From the IMG/VR virus record IMGVR_UViG_3300043395_002542, positions 5,162 to 69,161 of that record: a stretch of 64,000 bases of DNA. One strand, written 5' to 3'. Shown piece by piece: positions 16,701 to 25,789 of the stretch. Source of the DNA: a virus. The translations under genes were made by a program, and so were the position numbers. Every line of letters starts with the position of its first letter. Position 1 is the stretch's first letter. The notes under the pieces were generated by a model. That model saw nothing but the letters and a program-made list of their open reading frames with translations. It was not told the DNA's origin and made no database searches.

Positions 16701-18098
16701 GTGCCCGCAAAATCTCGCAGTTCGCGCTACGCCGATCGCGCTGCACTAAATTCGCTCGGGCTGTTTCAAGACGTTTCTGCCCTACGCAAACTTGCTAAAA
16801 AGAATAATACTGCTTTTGATACAAAAGAATGTGAATTACGCATAATTAACGATCTACTCCCACACCAGTTCAACTTCGTAACAGACTTTACCCATCGCCT
16901 CGTTGCACTATGCGGCGGATTTGGTAGCGGGAAAAGCTTTGCTGCCGTAGCAAAAGCAATATTGCTCTGCTTCAAAAGTCAGGGCTTCACGCACCTATTC
17001 CTAGAACCCACAATCCCTCTCCTCCGAGACGTTGCAATCCCAGCCTGGCAAAACGTGCTTGATAAATACGGCATCCCTTATGAATTTCGTACTTCGCCCC
17101 TTCCTGTCTTTACCTTAAAACTCCCGAACGGCGACACACCTGTACTTCTACGTTCATTTGAAAACTACAATCGCCTCATCGGCGTTAATGCTGCAAGTAT
17201 GACTGTTGACGAAATTGATACAGTTTCGACGCAAACTGCTGAAGCAGCAATTATCAAATTACAAGGGCGCGTTCGTGTGGGCAACTGCCCTCAACTTTGT
17301 TTTGCATCTACGCCCGAGGGACACAAAGCGCTTTATAACATGTTCGTGCGTGAAGCATCAGATGAAAAAGCACTTTATAAAGCACGCACTGCAGATAACC
17401 CCTTCCTTGATCCGGGCTTTATTGAAAACCTGCGTGCTTCATATCCCGCCAACCTGATTGAAGCCTATCTGAACGGCGAATTTGTTAATCTCGCACAAGC
17501 AACTGTATTTTACGAATTCGATCGTCAAAAACATTGCACAAGTGTATTCCATCCAGAGCCCAACGAACTTATTGTCTTCGGCGCAGACTTCAATATTGGC
17601 AAGAGTCAATCTTGTTACGCCGTTGTACGTCCGGGACCAATGGGCCAAATGCTTCATATTTTCGCCGAACACACCTGTCGCACAACTTTTGATCTCGTCG
17701 AGCACATCAAACGTCAATACCCTCGTCAACTCGCCAATGGCATGATCACCTGCTACCCAGATGCCAGCGGCAGTCACGCCAGCACCAGCTCAACGGAAAG
17801 CGATCACGACATTCTGCGCGGCGCGGGCATCAAAGTCGTTGCCGAACGTCGCAACCCACCCGTTGCAGAGACTATTGCTCACGCAAACTTGCATATTCAC
17901 TCGGGCACAGTGCTTGTAAATCCAACAACATGCTACGAAACCATGCAAAGTCTTGAAAACTGGGGGTATGACGAGAGCTACAAGCCAATGAAGGGCGGGA
18001 AAAATGATCTTTCGCACGCCGGAGACTCCCTTCGTTATCTCGTTTGGCAGACGATGCCACGGGCAATTGCGCAAACAAATCGTCCTCGCTGGAGATAG
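16701..18098 (+). CDS. terL: Terminase large subunit
   Basis: Walker A GGFGSGKS, Walker B TVDE, STPEG, nuclease DFN and HAGDSLRY; GTG start at 16701 inferred. Confidence 0.93.
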   Translation: MPAKSRSSRYADRAALNSLGLFQDVSALRKLAKKNNTAFDTKECELRIINDLLPHQFNFVTDFTHRLVALCGGFGSGKSFAAVAKAILLCFKSQGFTHLFLEPTIPLLRDVAIPAWQNVLDKYGIPYEFRTSPLPVFTLKLPNGDTPVLLRSFENYNRLIGVNAASMTVDEIDTVSTQTAEAAIIKLQGRVRVGNCPQLCFASTPEGHKALYNMFVREASDEKALYKARTADNPFLDPGFIENLRASYPANLIEAYLNGEFVNLAQATVFYEFDRQKHCTSVFHPEPNELIVFGADFNIGKSQSCYAVVRPGPMGQMLHIFAEHTCRTTFDLVEHIKRQYPRQLANGMITCYPDASGSHASTSSTESDHDILRGAGIKVVAERRNPPVAETIAHANLHIHSGTVLVNPTTCYETMQSLENWGYDESYKPMKGGKNDLSHAGDSLRYLVWQTMPRAIAQTNRPRWR

Positions 18099-18142
18099 AT
18101 AGATAGTCGTAGGGCTACACTGTCTGAAAAGACCCTAGAGCA

Positions 18143-19867
18143 GTGGCGATCGTTCCTAATTCTCTTGTTCCGTCCGCAGATGATCTCGTTCTGCCTTTTG
18201 AACGGCGTCATCCCGAGTACGAGCAAGCGATTGAGGGCGTTGTAGGGGTCGATTCTTACTCGATCGAGCAGTCTGAACAGATTGCACGTCTCGCCCCCAT
18301 TCGATATTGCACGCTTCCTGAGTTCAGTCTCGTTGAAGCATCATCCGAATACCTGCCGCAAGACTATTTAGAAGAAAATCCGAGCTATGAAGTGCGTAAA
18401 ACACGCGCTCAAAGCAGCTTTCAGAACTACTACGCACATCTACGCGACCTTGTAACGGGCACTGCACTGCGAAAGGGTGTATCTCTGCCCGAAAATATTG
18501 CTTCTCAATGGGGCAACTTCTTTGAAGATGTCGATTTAGAAGGGCATTCTCTGCTTTCCTTCGCCAAAGAAGCCTTCACTGAAGCTCTAGACGGGGGCGT
18601 GGCTGCAATTTGGGTCGAATACCCGAAATTACCAGAGAATTTGAGCGCTGCTGAGGAGAAGAGACTCAATCCTCGCCCTTATTTTGTGTTAATGCGCATG
18701 GATCAAGTGCTTGAATGCCGTTATGACGTATTCAATGCACAAATCAATGATCAAAACGTTTTCGGCGCATTCCCTACTTATCTGCGCGTCAAGTCTGAAA
18801 TTCGTCGTCAGAGCGTTGACAACGAGTTTTTTGAAGAAGTCGTGCCTGCAGTGCGTGTTTATGACATTGTTTCTCTCGCCGACAACAGTGTTTCACTGCT
18901 GAGCGACACGCCTGAGTACATGACAGTGACCGAGCGCGTTCGCTGCCGTCTTTATGCAAAGATGAACACTCCGGGCGATGTAGACAAATACTCGCTTGAA
19001 GAGACAACGTATCTTTCTGTGCCATTTATTCCGTTTGTGCCCGTATTCGGGGGCAAGAAAGAAGCATTCTTCCGAGGGCGTCCCTTACTTTTTGATATTG
19101 CACGCCTCAATCTGCATCATTGGGCAGTGTCTGCTGACCTTGCAGAGTCAATCCACCTGACTTCCTCGCCAATTCTTACTGGTACGGGCGTGCGTCCCGA
19201 CGATGAGATCAAGGCGGGTGCGGGCCGTGCCCTGTTCTCCCAGAACCCGGACGCCAAATTCAACCTGATGAGTGCCTCGATGGAGGGCGCTTCCGTCACC
19301 CTGGAGAACCTGAGGCGCATTGAATCGGCCATGGAGCGGCTTGCTGCCGTCGCCATGACAACCGGCAAGACGCAAGCGGAGAGCGGCTTTGCGAAGCTCC
19401 TGGACCGCTCTCAGAGCGATTCTCAGCTGGCTGTGCTTGTGCAGTCCCTTGAGGATGCCTTGAATCGAGCACTCCTTTACGCCGCCTCTTATCGCCAGTT
19501 CCCCGAGGTGCGCGTAACGATTAGCAAAAACTTCATCCCCGTCAAGTTGCATTCTCAGCAAGTCATGGCGCTCAGCTCGCTGTTCAAAGACAGCAACGCC
19601 ATCACGATTGGCATGTTCCTGCGGATGCTTGAAGCGGGCGAAATGTTTGAAGGGCTGCCCGAGTTTAGTGTCAGCAACATGCTTGACGACATGGGGCTTG
19701 ACGGCACTGAAACGGCCCGTGACCTTGGAATTGGTGCAGTCGGGCGCGAGGTTGCAAATCGCGGGCAAATCCCTGTTGATAACAGCTCGCCGCTCAGCGA
19801 GGGTCTTGACAGCGAAGATGTCGAAGTGACCGTACAAGCAAATGAAGCAACTGGTGCTATCATTTGA
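18143..19867 (+). CDS. Portal protein (DUF4055-like)
   Basis: Follows TerL; YLP....E....Y..R, DVDLEG, RPYF, IPFVP, PLL.DIARLNL.H motifs. Confidence 0.88.
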   Translation: MAIVPNSLVPSADDLVLPFERRHPEYEQAIEGVVGVDSYSIEQSEQIARLAPIRYCTLPEFSLVEASSEYLPQDYLEENPSYEVRKTRAQSSFQNYYAHLRDLVTGTALRKGVSLPENIASQWGNFFEDVDLEGHSLLSFAKEAFTEALDGGVAAIWVEYPKLPENLSAAEEKRLNPRPYFVLMRMDQVLECRYDVFNAQINDQNVFGAFPTYLRVKSEIRRQSVDNEFFEEVVPAVRVYDIVSLADNSVSLLSDTPEYMTVTERVRCRLYAKMNTPGDVDKYSLEETTYLSVPFIPFVPVFGGKKEAFFRGRPLLFDIARLNLHHWAVSADLAESIHLTSSPILTGTGVRPDDEIKAGAGRALFSQNPDAKFNLMSASMEGASVTLENLRRIESAMERLAAVAMTTGKTQAESGFAKLLDRSQSDSQLAVLVQSLEDALNRALLYAASYRQFPEVRVTISKNFIPVKLHSQQVMALSSLFKDSNAITIGMFLRMLEAGEMFEGLPEFSVSNMLDDMGLDGTETARDLGIGAVGREVANRGQIPVDNSSPLSEGLDSEDVEVTVQANEATGAII

Positions 19868-19888
19868 CGAGTCAAGTTCTGACTTTGC

Positions 19889-20719
19889 GTGACGAACACC
19901 CCAGAAACCCTTGAAGAAGCCCTGGCGCAAATCGCCGAGCTGCAGAAGAAAGCCAATTCCGTAGAAAGCGAAAATGCGAAATTAAAGGCTACAAAAGAAG
20001 GTTTGATGTCTGATCTTAAAAAGAAAAAGGCAATCGACTCTTTCTTGAAAGTAGCCGGCATTGAACTGAGCGACGATATTGATGAAGAGGCAATTGCTGA
20101 TCGCATTGCTTCTCTTCGCACCGTTCAGGAGCAACAGGAGCCTCAGTCTCAGTCCGCCGCCCAAGTGCCTCAGGGGCAAACCCCTGCTGACGCCATGAAT
20201 GAGGCGGTCAAAGCGCAGTTTGCTTCCCTGCGCAAAGAGCTTGACGATCTGCGCAAAGCAAAAGAGCAAGTTGAGGAAGAGCGCAATCTTGAGCGTCAAA
20301 AACGCCGCGAGAGCAAGCTTGAACAGCTTGTGACCGATGAGCTTGCAAAGGCTGAGTGCCGCCGTCCGCAGCATCTCTTCAAGTTGATGAAAGAAAATTT
20401 CCGTCTGCTTGAAGATGAAAGCACTGTCGTGTATGGGACTGAGCAAGATCCCGTTGCACTGCGCGATGCTGTTATTCGTCTGCGAGACGATGAAGAGTAT
20501 TCTCCGTACTTCATGGGCAGCGGCGCAACCGGTTCGGGCATGACAACTACCCGTGCCGCCACTCCGTCTTACACAAACAACCCATTCGCCTCGGGCAGTG
20601 TTAATGCAACGAAAGTTGCTGAGCTGATGCAAAAAGATCCCGACAAAGCTCGTCGCCTTATGAACGAAGCGCGTCTTGCGGGCAAGCTCGATCCCGTCAT
20701 GGCACGCGCCTTCAGCTGA
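19889..20719 (+). CDS. Capsid scaffolding protein
   Basis: Coiled coil, GSG-rich linker, NPF motif, between portal and capsid. Confidence 0.75.
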   Translation: MTNTPETLEEALAQIAELQKKANSVESENAKLKATKEGLMSDLKKKKAIDSFLKVAGIELSDDIDEEAIADRIASLRTVQEQQEPQSQSAAQVPQGQTPADAMNEAVKAQFASLRKELDDLRKAKEQVEEERNLERQKRRESKLEQLVTDELAKAECRRPQHLFKLMKENFRLLEDESTVVYGTEQDPVALRDAVIRLRDDEEYSPYFMGSGATGSGMTTTRAATPSYTNNPFASGSVNATKVAELMQKDPDKARRLMNEARLAGKLDPVMARAFS

Positions 20720-20750
20720 TATAGAATCAGCAAGTGGTTGAAGCTCTCTA

Positions 20751-20777
20751 CCTCCCGCAAGGGGGGTATTTTTTTTG
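20751..20777 (+). terminator. Intrinsic terminator
   Basis: CCTCCC-GCAA-GGGGGG plus T-run. Confidence 0.7.
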
Positions 20778-20809
20778 ACCGCTATTCTGCTAGCAGATTC
20801 CCGCGTGAC

Positions 20810-21097
20810 ATGGCGATCCCCGAGCGCGTTAAAGCAGCAATGAAAAAGAACGGGCTTACCCGTGTAAATTCTCCCAAGCGCACGCCAAATCACCCAACCA
20901 AAAAGGGTGTTGTCATGGCGAAAGAGGGCGACAAGTATAAGTTGATTCGTTTTGGCGATGCAAATATGACGACTGCGGGCAATCGAAAAGATTCCGAGTC
21001 GAAGCAGCGTCGCGAAAAATTCCGTTCTCGCCACGCGAAAAACATTGCACGCGGCAAGATGTCGGGCGCCTACTGGGCCGATAAAGTTTTATGGTGA
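20810..21097 (+). CDS. Basic phage protein (KLIRFG...FRSRH...AYWA family)
   Basis: Motif recurrent in aquatic phage head regions. Confidence 0.75.
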   Translation: MAIPERVKAAMKKNGLTRVNSPKRTPNHPTKKGVVMAKEGDKYKLIRFGDANMTTAGNRKDSESKQRREKFRSRHAKNIARGKMSGAYWADKVLW

Positions 21098-21112
21098 CCT
21101 GCCGCTCTCGCC

Positions 21113-21286
21113 ATGAAAAAGAAAACTAAGACTGAAAAGAAAATCAGCAAAGTCATGCGTGAGTATGGCAAGGGCACGTTGAAATCCAGCTCGGGCCAGA
21201 AAGTGAAGAGCCGCAAGCAAGCCATTGCAATTGCAATGTCTGAAGCGGGCATGACTCGCAAACCCAAGAAAGGCGCCAAGAAATGA
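21113..21286 (+). CDS. Lys-rich 57 aa protein (DUF6496-like; not in track)
   Basis: KISKVMREYGKGTLKSSSGQKVKSRKQAIAIAMSEAG. Confidence 0.75.
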   Translation: MKKKTKTEKKISKVMREYGKGTLKSSSGQKVKSRKQAIAIAMSEAGMTRKPKKGAKK

Positions 21287-21453
21287 AAAAGAAAACTGGA
21301 CCCTACGAAAACATCAGGCGAAAGCGCGAGCGTATTGCTGCAGGTAGTGGCGAGAAAATGCGTAAGCCGGGCGATCCTGGTGCGCCAACTGCTACTAATT
21401 TCCGTGCCGCCGCAAAAACCGCCAAGAAGCGCAAGTCCAAAAAGAAACGCTAG
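21283..21453 (+). CDS. Lys/Arg-rich 56 aa protein (not in track)
   Basis: YENIRRKRERIAAGSGEKMRKPGDPGAPT..NFRAAAKTAKK; ATGA coupled. Confidence 0.75.
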   Translation: MKKKTGPYENIRRKRERIAAGSGEKMRKPGDPGAPTATNFRAAAKTAKKRKSKKKR

Positions 21454-21466
21454 TATTTGTGAGTTA

Positions 21467-21576
21467 GGGGCCGTGCCCCGTGTGCGCAGAAAGTGGCCGT
21501 GCCTCATTCTGCCTGTCTTGAGAGTGTGGACATAGGCCGTGCCTGTCCGCTCGCAAACTTTTGCGGTCGAACCGCA
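21467..21576 (+). promoter_or_regulatory. Structured capsid mRNA leader with three GGCCGTGCC-capped hairpins
   Basis: GGCCGTGCC at 21469, 21495 and 21535, each at a stem apex. Confidence 0.6.
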
Positions 21577-21610
21577 GCCAACTCCAATCATTCTCTTTTG
21601 AGGCAAAGCC

Positions 21611-22603
21611 ATGCTTCTCGCAGGTGTTCCGCTGATCCCCGAACTGTTCCTGGGCTATCAGCAAGAAGAAGTGCAAGACCGTAACGCTCTTGTGACTTCT
21701 GGTCTTATGACCACCAATGGTGCCATCCAAGGTGAATTCCAGAAGGGCGGCAAAACCATTGATCTGCCTTTCTTCGGTGATCTCTCGGGTGACTCTGAGA
21801 TCCTGAATGACACCACCGGTCTGACCCCTCAGACCCTGGCTGGTGGCGTGCAGATCGGTGTGCGCAACATGCGCGGCAAGAGCTGGAAGTCTTCTGATCT
21901 GGCCGCCGAACTGGCTGGTTCCGATCCGATGCAGGCCATTGCCCGCAGCACCGGTCGCTACTGGGTGCGTGACATGCAGAAGACCCTGATCAATGTGATC
22001 AAGGGCCTGTTTGCAACTGGCGGCCCCCTGGTCAGCTCCCATGCTGCTGGCGGCACCGGTACTGCCCTGACCCCTGATGCTCTGATCGACGCCATCGCCA
22101 AGCTCGGTGATGCCGGTGAAGAGCTGACCGGTGTGTTCATGCACTCCCGGACCTTCTACGCCCTGATGAAGCAGGATCTGATCGTTCCTGCCTCCACCAC
22201 CTCCCAGCTCGATTCCCGCCTGTCTGCCGAGCGTCTGGAGAAGGGCACCTATCTGGGTCGCCCGGTGTTCGTGGATGACACCCTGCCTGTTGATGCTGGT
22301 GCTGGCACCGGTAGCGGCTCTGGCAAAGATGTGCTCTCCACCTATTTCTTCGGCCCTGGCGCCTTCGCTTATGCGACTGCTCCTGCCAAGACTCCTCTGG
22401 AGACCGACCGCGATTCCCTGAAGGGCATCGACTTCCTGATCAACCGCACCCACTATCTGGTGCATCCGAACGGCATCAGCTGGACCGGTACTGCTGCTGG
22501 CAACTCGCCCAGCAATGCTGAACTGGCCACTGGCACCAACTGGACGAAGGTGTTCACGGACAACCGGAACATCCGCATCACCCAGCTCAAGGCTTACATC
22601 TGA
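21611..22603 (+). CDS. Major capsid protein
   Basis: 330 aa, position after scaffold, highly biased codons, GG.TIDLPFF and LAGSDPM motifs. Confidence 0.88.
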   Translation: MLLAGVPLIPELFLGYQQEEVQDRNALVTSGLMTTNGAIQGEFQKGGKTIDLPFFGDLSGDSEILNDTTGLTPQTLAGGVQIGVRNMRGKSWKSSDLAAELAGSDPMQAIARSTGRYWVRDMQKTLINVIKGLFATGGPLVSSHAAGGTGTALTPDALIDAIAKLGDAGEELTGVFMHSRTFYALMKQDLIVPASTTSQLDSRLSAERLEKGTYLGRPVFVDDTLPVDAGAGTGSGSGKDVLSTYFFGPGAFAYATAPAKTPLETDRDSLKGIDFLINRTHYLVHPNGISWTGTAAGNSPSNAELATGTNWTKVFTDNRNIRITQLKAYI

Positions 22604-22621
22604 TCGGTGTAAGTTGTAAAT

Positions 22622-22646
22622 GCCCCCTTCGGGGGGCTTCTTTTTT
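22622..22646 (+). terminator. Intrinsic terminator after capsid gene
   Basis: GCCCCC-TTCG-GGGGGC plus T-run. Confidence 0.85.
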
Positions 22647-22664
22647 ACCTAGGAGGTATTTGTC

Positions 22665-22823
22665 ATGGGAATGGCTTCATTCCGCCTTGCAGAACAGGAG
22701 CGTCAAGAGCGTGAAGCTCAAGCCGCTGCTCCTGCAGAATGCCCTATGCCCGAACCTGCTGCTGAGGAAGCCCCTAAAGCAGCTACGGTGACTGCAAAGG
22801 CTCGGACCACTTCTAAGGGCTGA
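22665..22823 (+). CDS. Small head-associated protein (52 aa; not in track)
   Basis: AGGAGG RBS, MGMASFRLAEQERQ... Confidence 0.7.
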   Translation: MGMASFRLAEQERQEREAQAAAPAECPMPEPAAEEAPKAATVTAKARTTSKG

Positions 22824-22842
22824 GCTGTAACGGAGCGGGTCG

Positions 22843-23502
22843 ATGGCCTTTGTATCAACACTTGGCGCTTCTAACGCCAACTCATTTTTGAGCGTTGCTC
22901 GGGCCACGACCCTTCTCGGTGAGCTTCCTGTGAGTGCGGGCATTACAGCTTGGCTCGCGCTGACTAGCACCCAAAAAGAGCAGACTCTTGTCGCTGCTTC
23001 GATGGCAATCAATCCTCTGAAGTGGAAAGGGACTGTTGCTACGCAAGAGCAGTCATTGGCATGGCCGCGCCGCATGAAAGTTGACGGGCGCGTTTTGCCA
23101 TATGATGAGCTGCCGATTGATTTTGAGATTGCTGTTGCTTACATGGCGGCATTTCTTGGTGGCGGCGGTGGATATACGGCTGTTGCAGCAAATGATGGCG
23201 GTTCATCGCTGCTTAGCACAAATCAGTATGACGAAGTTGAACTTGGCAACGGCGCACTGCGCGTGAAGTTCAAGGGTGGCGACACTCCTCAAACGGGCAT
23301 GGATTATATTCCGCCCTTCTCGATGGATATTCTGAGCCGTTATGCAATCGACTCAAGTTTTAATCAGCCCTATGTAACACGCGATAGCGTCGCAAAGCTT
23401 GATCCGTACTACGGAAATTCTGCGTTCCGCCCAAATCGTATTCGTGTCGTGGGCAGTCAAATTTATCCTTCCTATGGTGGGTGGGCGAGCAACCCACTCT
23501 GA
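22843..23502 (+). CDS. Head-tail adaptor (DnaT-like family)
   Basis: ANSFLSV...WKG......QSLAWPR motif; position after capsid. Confidence 0.75.
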   Translation: MAFVSTLGASNANSFLSVARATTLLGELPVSAGITAWLALTSTQKEQTLVAASMAINPLKWKGTVATQEQSLAWPRRMKVDGRVLPYDELPIDFEIAVAYMAAFLGGGGGYTAVAANDGGSSLLSTNQYDEVELGNGALRVKFKGGDTPQTGMDYIPPFSMDILSRYAIDSSFNQPYVTRDSVAKLDPYYGNSAFRPNRIRVVGSQIYPSYGGWASNPL

Positions 23503-23508
23503 TGAGCC

Positions 23509-23889
23509 ATGGCGCTGGTCGATGACATTTTCGGTTCAATCCCGGCGCCACTGATCAATCAGTTCGGGATTAACGCCACGTATATCAAGCTTTCGCAAAA
23601 TCAAACCTACAACCCAGAGACTGGCGTAGTTTCGGGCTATTCGCAAGAGATTCCCGTTAAGGTTTTTATTTATACGCCGGGTGGCGATGATCTTGTTGGC
23701 GTTAAATTTGAGCAGACGGGCGTAAAAATTCTTCTTTCGGCGCAGGAACTTGGTGGGTACTACCCGCAACATGGCGATTCAATTCGTTACGCAGAAAATG
23801 GAGTCACTAGAACTGCGATAATTATTGGAACTGAAACAAGCCGTGGCGATAATCCTATACTGCACATGGTTGTTGCGAGGTTGAGCTGA
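23509..23889 (+). CDS. Head closure/stopper protein
   Basis: YNPETG motif; gene order. Confidence 0.6.
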   Translation: MALVDDIFGSIPAPLINQFGINATYIKLSQNQTYNPETGVVSGYSQEIPVKVFIYTPGGDDLVGVKFEQTGVKILLSAQELGGYYPQHGDSIRYAENGVTRTAIIIGTETSRGDNPILHMVVARLS

Positions 23890-23890
23890 T

Positions 23891-24472
23891 ATGGCTCGTT
23901 TTAAGGGTGGCGGTCTTGAAAAAAGTATCGCATCAAAGCTCGCGGCAGATATAAATAACAGGCTTGCCGTGTCTATTCAGGAGTCTGCAGTTGCCATTAC
24001 CAACGGGCTCGCAGAAGCCGGGCCAGCATGGACTGGTGAATTTGCCGCTTCTTGGGATGTTGTACCAGAAGGGCAGGCAGCTCGTCAGCCGCGCTCATCA
24101 GGCGGACAACTTTACCAGTACACAAAAAGGAACTTTCCCGCCTCACGTTTTCAAAAAGCTCTTGAAAGAGGTGTTACTCAATTTCAGGTTATAAATACAT
24201 CTCCTCATGCTGCTCAAGCGATGGATGAAGTCACTGATATTTTTACTCGCCCAGACAGTGATCCTATTAAAACACCAGAACTTGGCGATTATCGACCGAG
24301 GCCAAGCTTCCGCTATGAGATTGGCGGCTCGTTCGCCGGCCTCCTGAAAGACGCTCCTGCGGCCAGAACGGCAGAGCCGGACTGGTTTTACACATATGCT
24401 AAGGGTGGTTCTTTGCAGCTGGATGTAAGGCGAGGCATTGAGCTTGGATTCAAGTCAAATTACTCCTTCTAA
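23891..24472 (+). CDS. Neck/tail completion protein (HK97 gp10-like)
   Basis: GPAWTGEFAASW motif; gene order. Confidence 0.65.
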   Translation: MARFKGGGLEKSIASKLAADINNRLAVSIQESAVAITNGLAEAGPAWTGEFAASWDVVPEGQAARQPRSSGGQLYQYTKRNFPASRFQKALERGVTQFQVINTSPHAAQAMDEVTDIFTRPDSDPIKTPELGDYRPRPSFRYEIGGSFAGLLKDAPAARTAEPDWFYTYAKGGSLQLDVRRGIELGFKSNYSF

Positions 24473-24475
24473 GCA

Positions 24476-24904
24476 ATGAACTATCAATCAATCCGCGCAA
24501 AAATTGAAGCTCCGCTTCTCACGGCATACAATAATCAGGCGCCCGCGATTCCAGTGTATTTTGACAATATAACTTTTGTTCCTCCTGATCCGCCTAAGGA
24601 GTATGTGCGTGTTAATTTAACTTTTGGCATGATGTCGGAATGCGCCCTGACAGATGAGTTTGATTTTGCCAGGGGTGCAATTATCATTCGTTGCTTTGCG
24701 CAAAAAAGCAATGGCCCTGCTCGCTGCCAGCAGCTATTAATGATCGCTAAAAGCGTAATAGATTCAATAAATGCCACTGGCAAGACAGCAAGCTCGACCT
24801 ATGTAAGAATCAAAGATATTAGCGGCCCATCTTTTACTTCCATGGAAGACAATCCACACTTTATGGGCAAAATGGAAGCCGGTTGGCAAGCAACTGTGAA
24901 GTAG
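24476..24904 (+). CDS. Tail terminator protein
   Basis: MNYQSIR...PVYFDN; immediately before tail tube gene. Confidence 0.65.
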   Translation: MNYQSIRAKIEAPLLTAYNNQAPAIPVYFDNITFVPPDPPKEYVRVNLTFGMMSECALTDEFDFARGAIIIRCFAQKSNGPARCQQLLMIAKSVIDSINATGKTASSTYVRIKDISGPSFTSMEDNPHFMGKMEAGWQATVK

Positions 24905-24961
24905 TCGCTACGCTGCTGTTAGCCGGGCAGTGCCCGCACAAGCCACTACCCCCTGTTTGTC

Positions 24962-25729
24962 ATGGCAACCGTTCTGTCCGGTATTTCCGGGGCTTTTTAT
25001 TACAAGCCCGCTGGCACCAAAGCAACCTTTGGTGAAACCGATGTAAATGCAACTAACAACACACTTTTTGTTGGCACTTACATGGGTTTTCGCGTTGGCG
25101 ATCCCGTTAAGTTCAGCATTGTGAATACCACGACCGGTGGAGCTGGTACTGGTACGCTTCCCGGCACGCTGAGTGATTCCACTACCTATTACGTGCTGAC
25201 CTACGTTGCTAGCACGGGCCTGATGACTGTTTCCACCGCTGCTGGTGGCACCGTTGTTGATATTACTGACGACGGCACCGCAACCGGCTCTAACAAGTTC
25301 CAGGTCGCTTATGCCACTTTCGGCGCTGTTGCAGAGGTTCGCGACTGGAGTATTGAGATCTCTCGCGCTGAGATCGACGTTACCACCATTGGCCAGACCC
25401 AAGGCCAGTACGTTCCCTTCCGTTCGTACATCTCTGGCTTCGGCGATGCAAACGGCAGTGCAACGGTCTATATGACCGACGAGGATAATGCTTTTGCCAA
25501 CCGCATTATTCAAGACGTGCTTCAGCGCAAGCAAGTGGGCGCCACGATGAAGCTTTACATCGACCGCGTTGAAGCTGCTGGCGTTGTTGATGACACGAAG
25601 AGCCGCTCGATCGAGACTGAGGTTACCCTGACCTCCGCCTCGTTCACCGTCAACCCGGACGATGCTCAGAGCATCGCCATCAACTTCCGTCCTTCCTCTG
25701 CCGTGTCCTTCGATCTTACTACCACCTGA
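24962..25729 (+). CDS. Major tail tube protein
   Basis: VRDWSIEISRAEIDVTTIG...YISGFGDANGSATV; biased codons; followed by terminator. Confidence 0.82.
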   Translation: MATVLSGISGAFYYKPAGTKATFGETDVNATNNTLFVGTYMGFRVGDPVKFSIVNTTTGGAGTGTLPGTLSDSTTYYVLTYVASTGLMTVSTAAGGTVVDITDDGTATGSNKFQVAYATFGAVAEVRDWSIEISRAEIDVTTIGQTQGQYVPFRSYISGFGDANGSATVYMTDEDNAFANRIIQDVLQRKQVGATMKLYIDRVEAAGVVDDTKSRSIETEVTLTSASFTVNPDDAQSIAINFRPSSAVSFDLTTT

Positions 25730-25746
25730 TCACAGGCCGCTTGATT

Positions 25747-25773
25747 GCCCCGCTTCGGCGGGGCTTTTCTTTT
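25747..25773 (+). terminator. Intrinsic terminator
   Basis: GCCCCGC-TTCG-GCGGGGC plus T-run. Confidence 0.85.
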
Positions 25774-25789
25774 ATTTGGAGCCATTGCA

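Noticed and set aside
19222-19232. GGGCCGTGCCC hairpin inside the portal gene matching the capsid-leader motif
   Set aside because: Single coding-region copy encoding Gly-Arg-Ala; may be chance
19148-22465. Long minus-strand ORFs (19148-19930, 19982-21034, 21464-22465) and similar ones opposite tail genes
   Set aside because: Antisense shadows of codon-biased structural genes; no recognisable motifs
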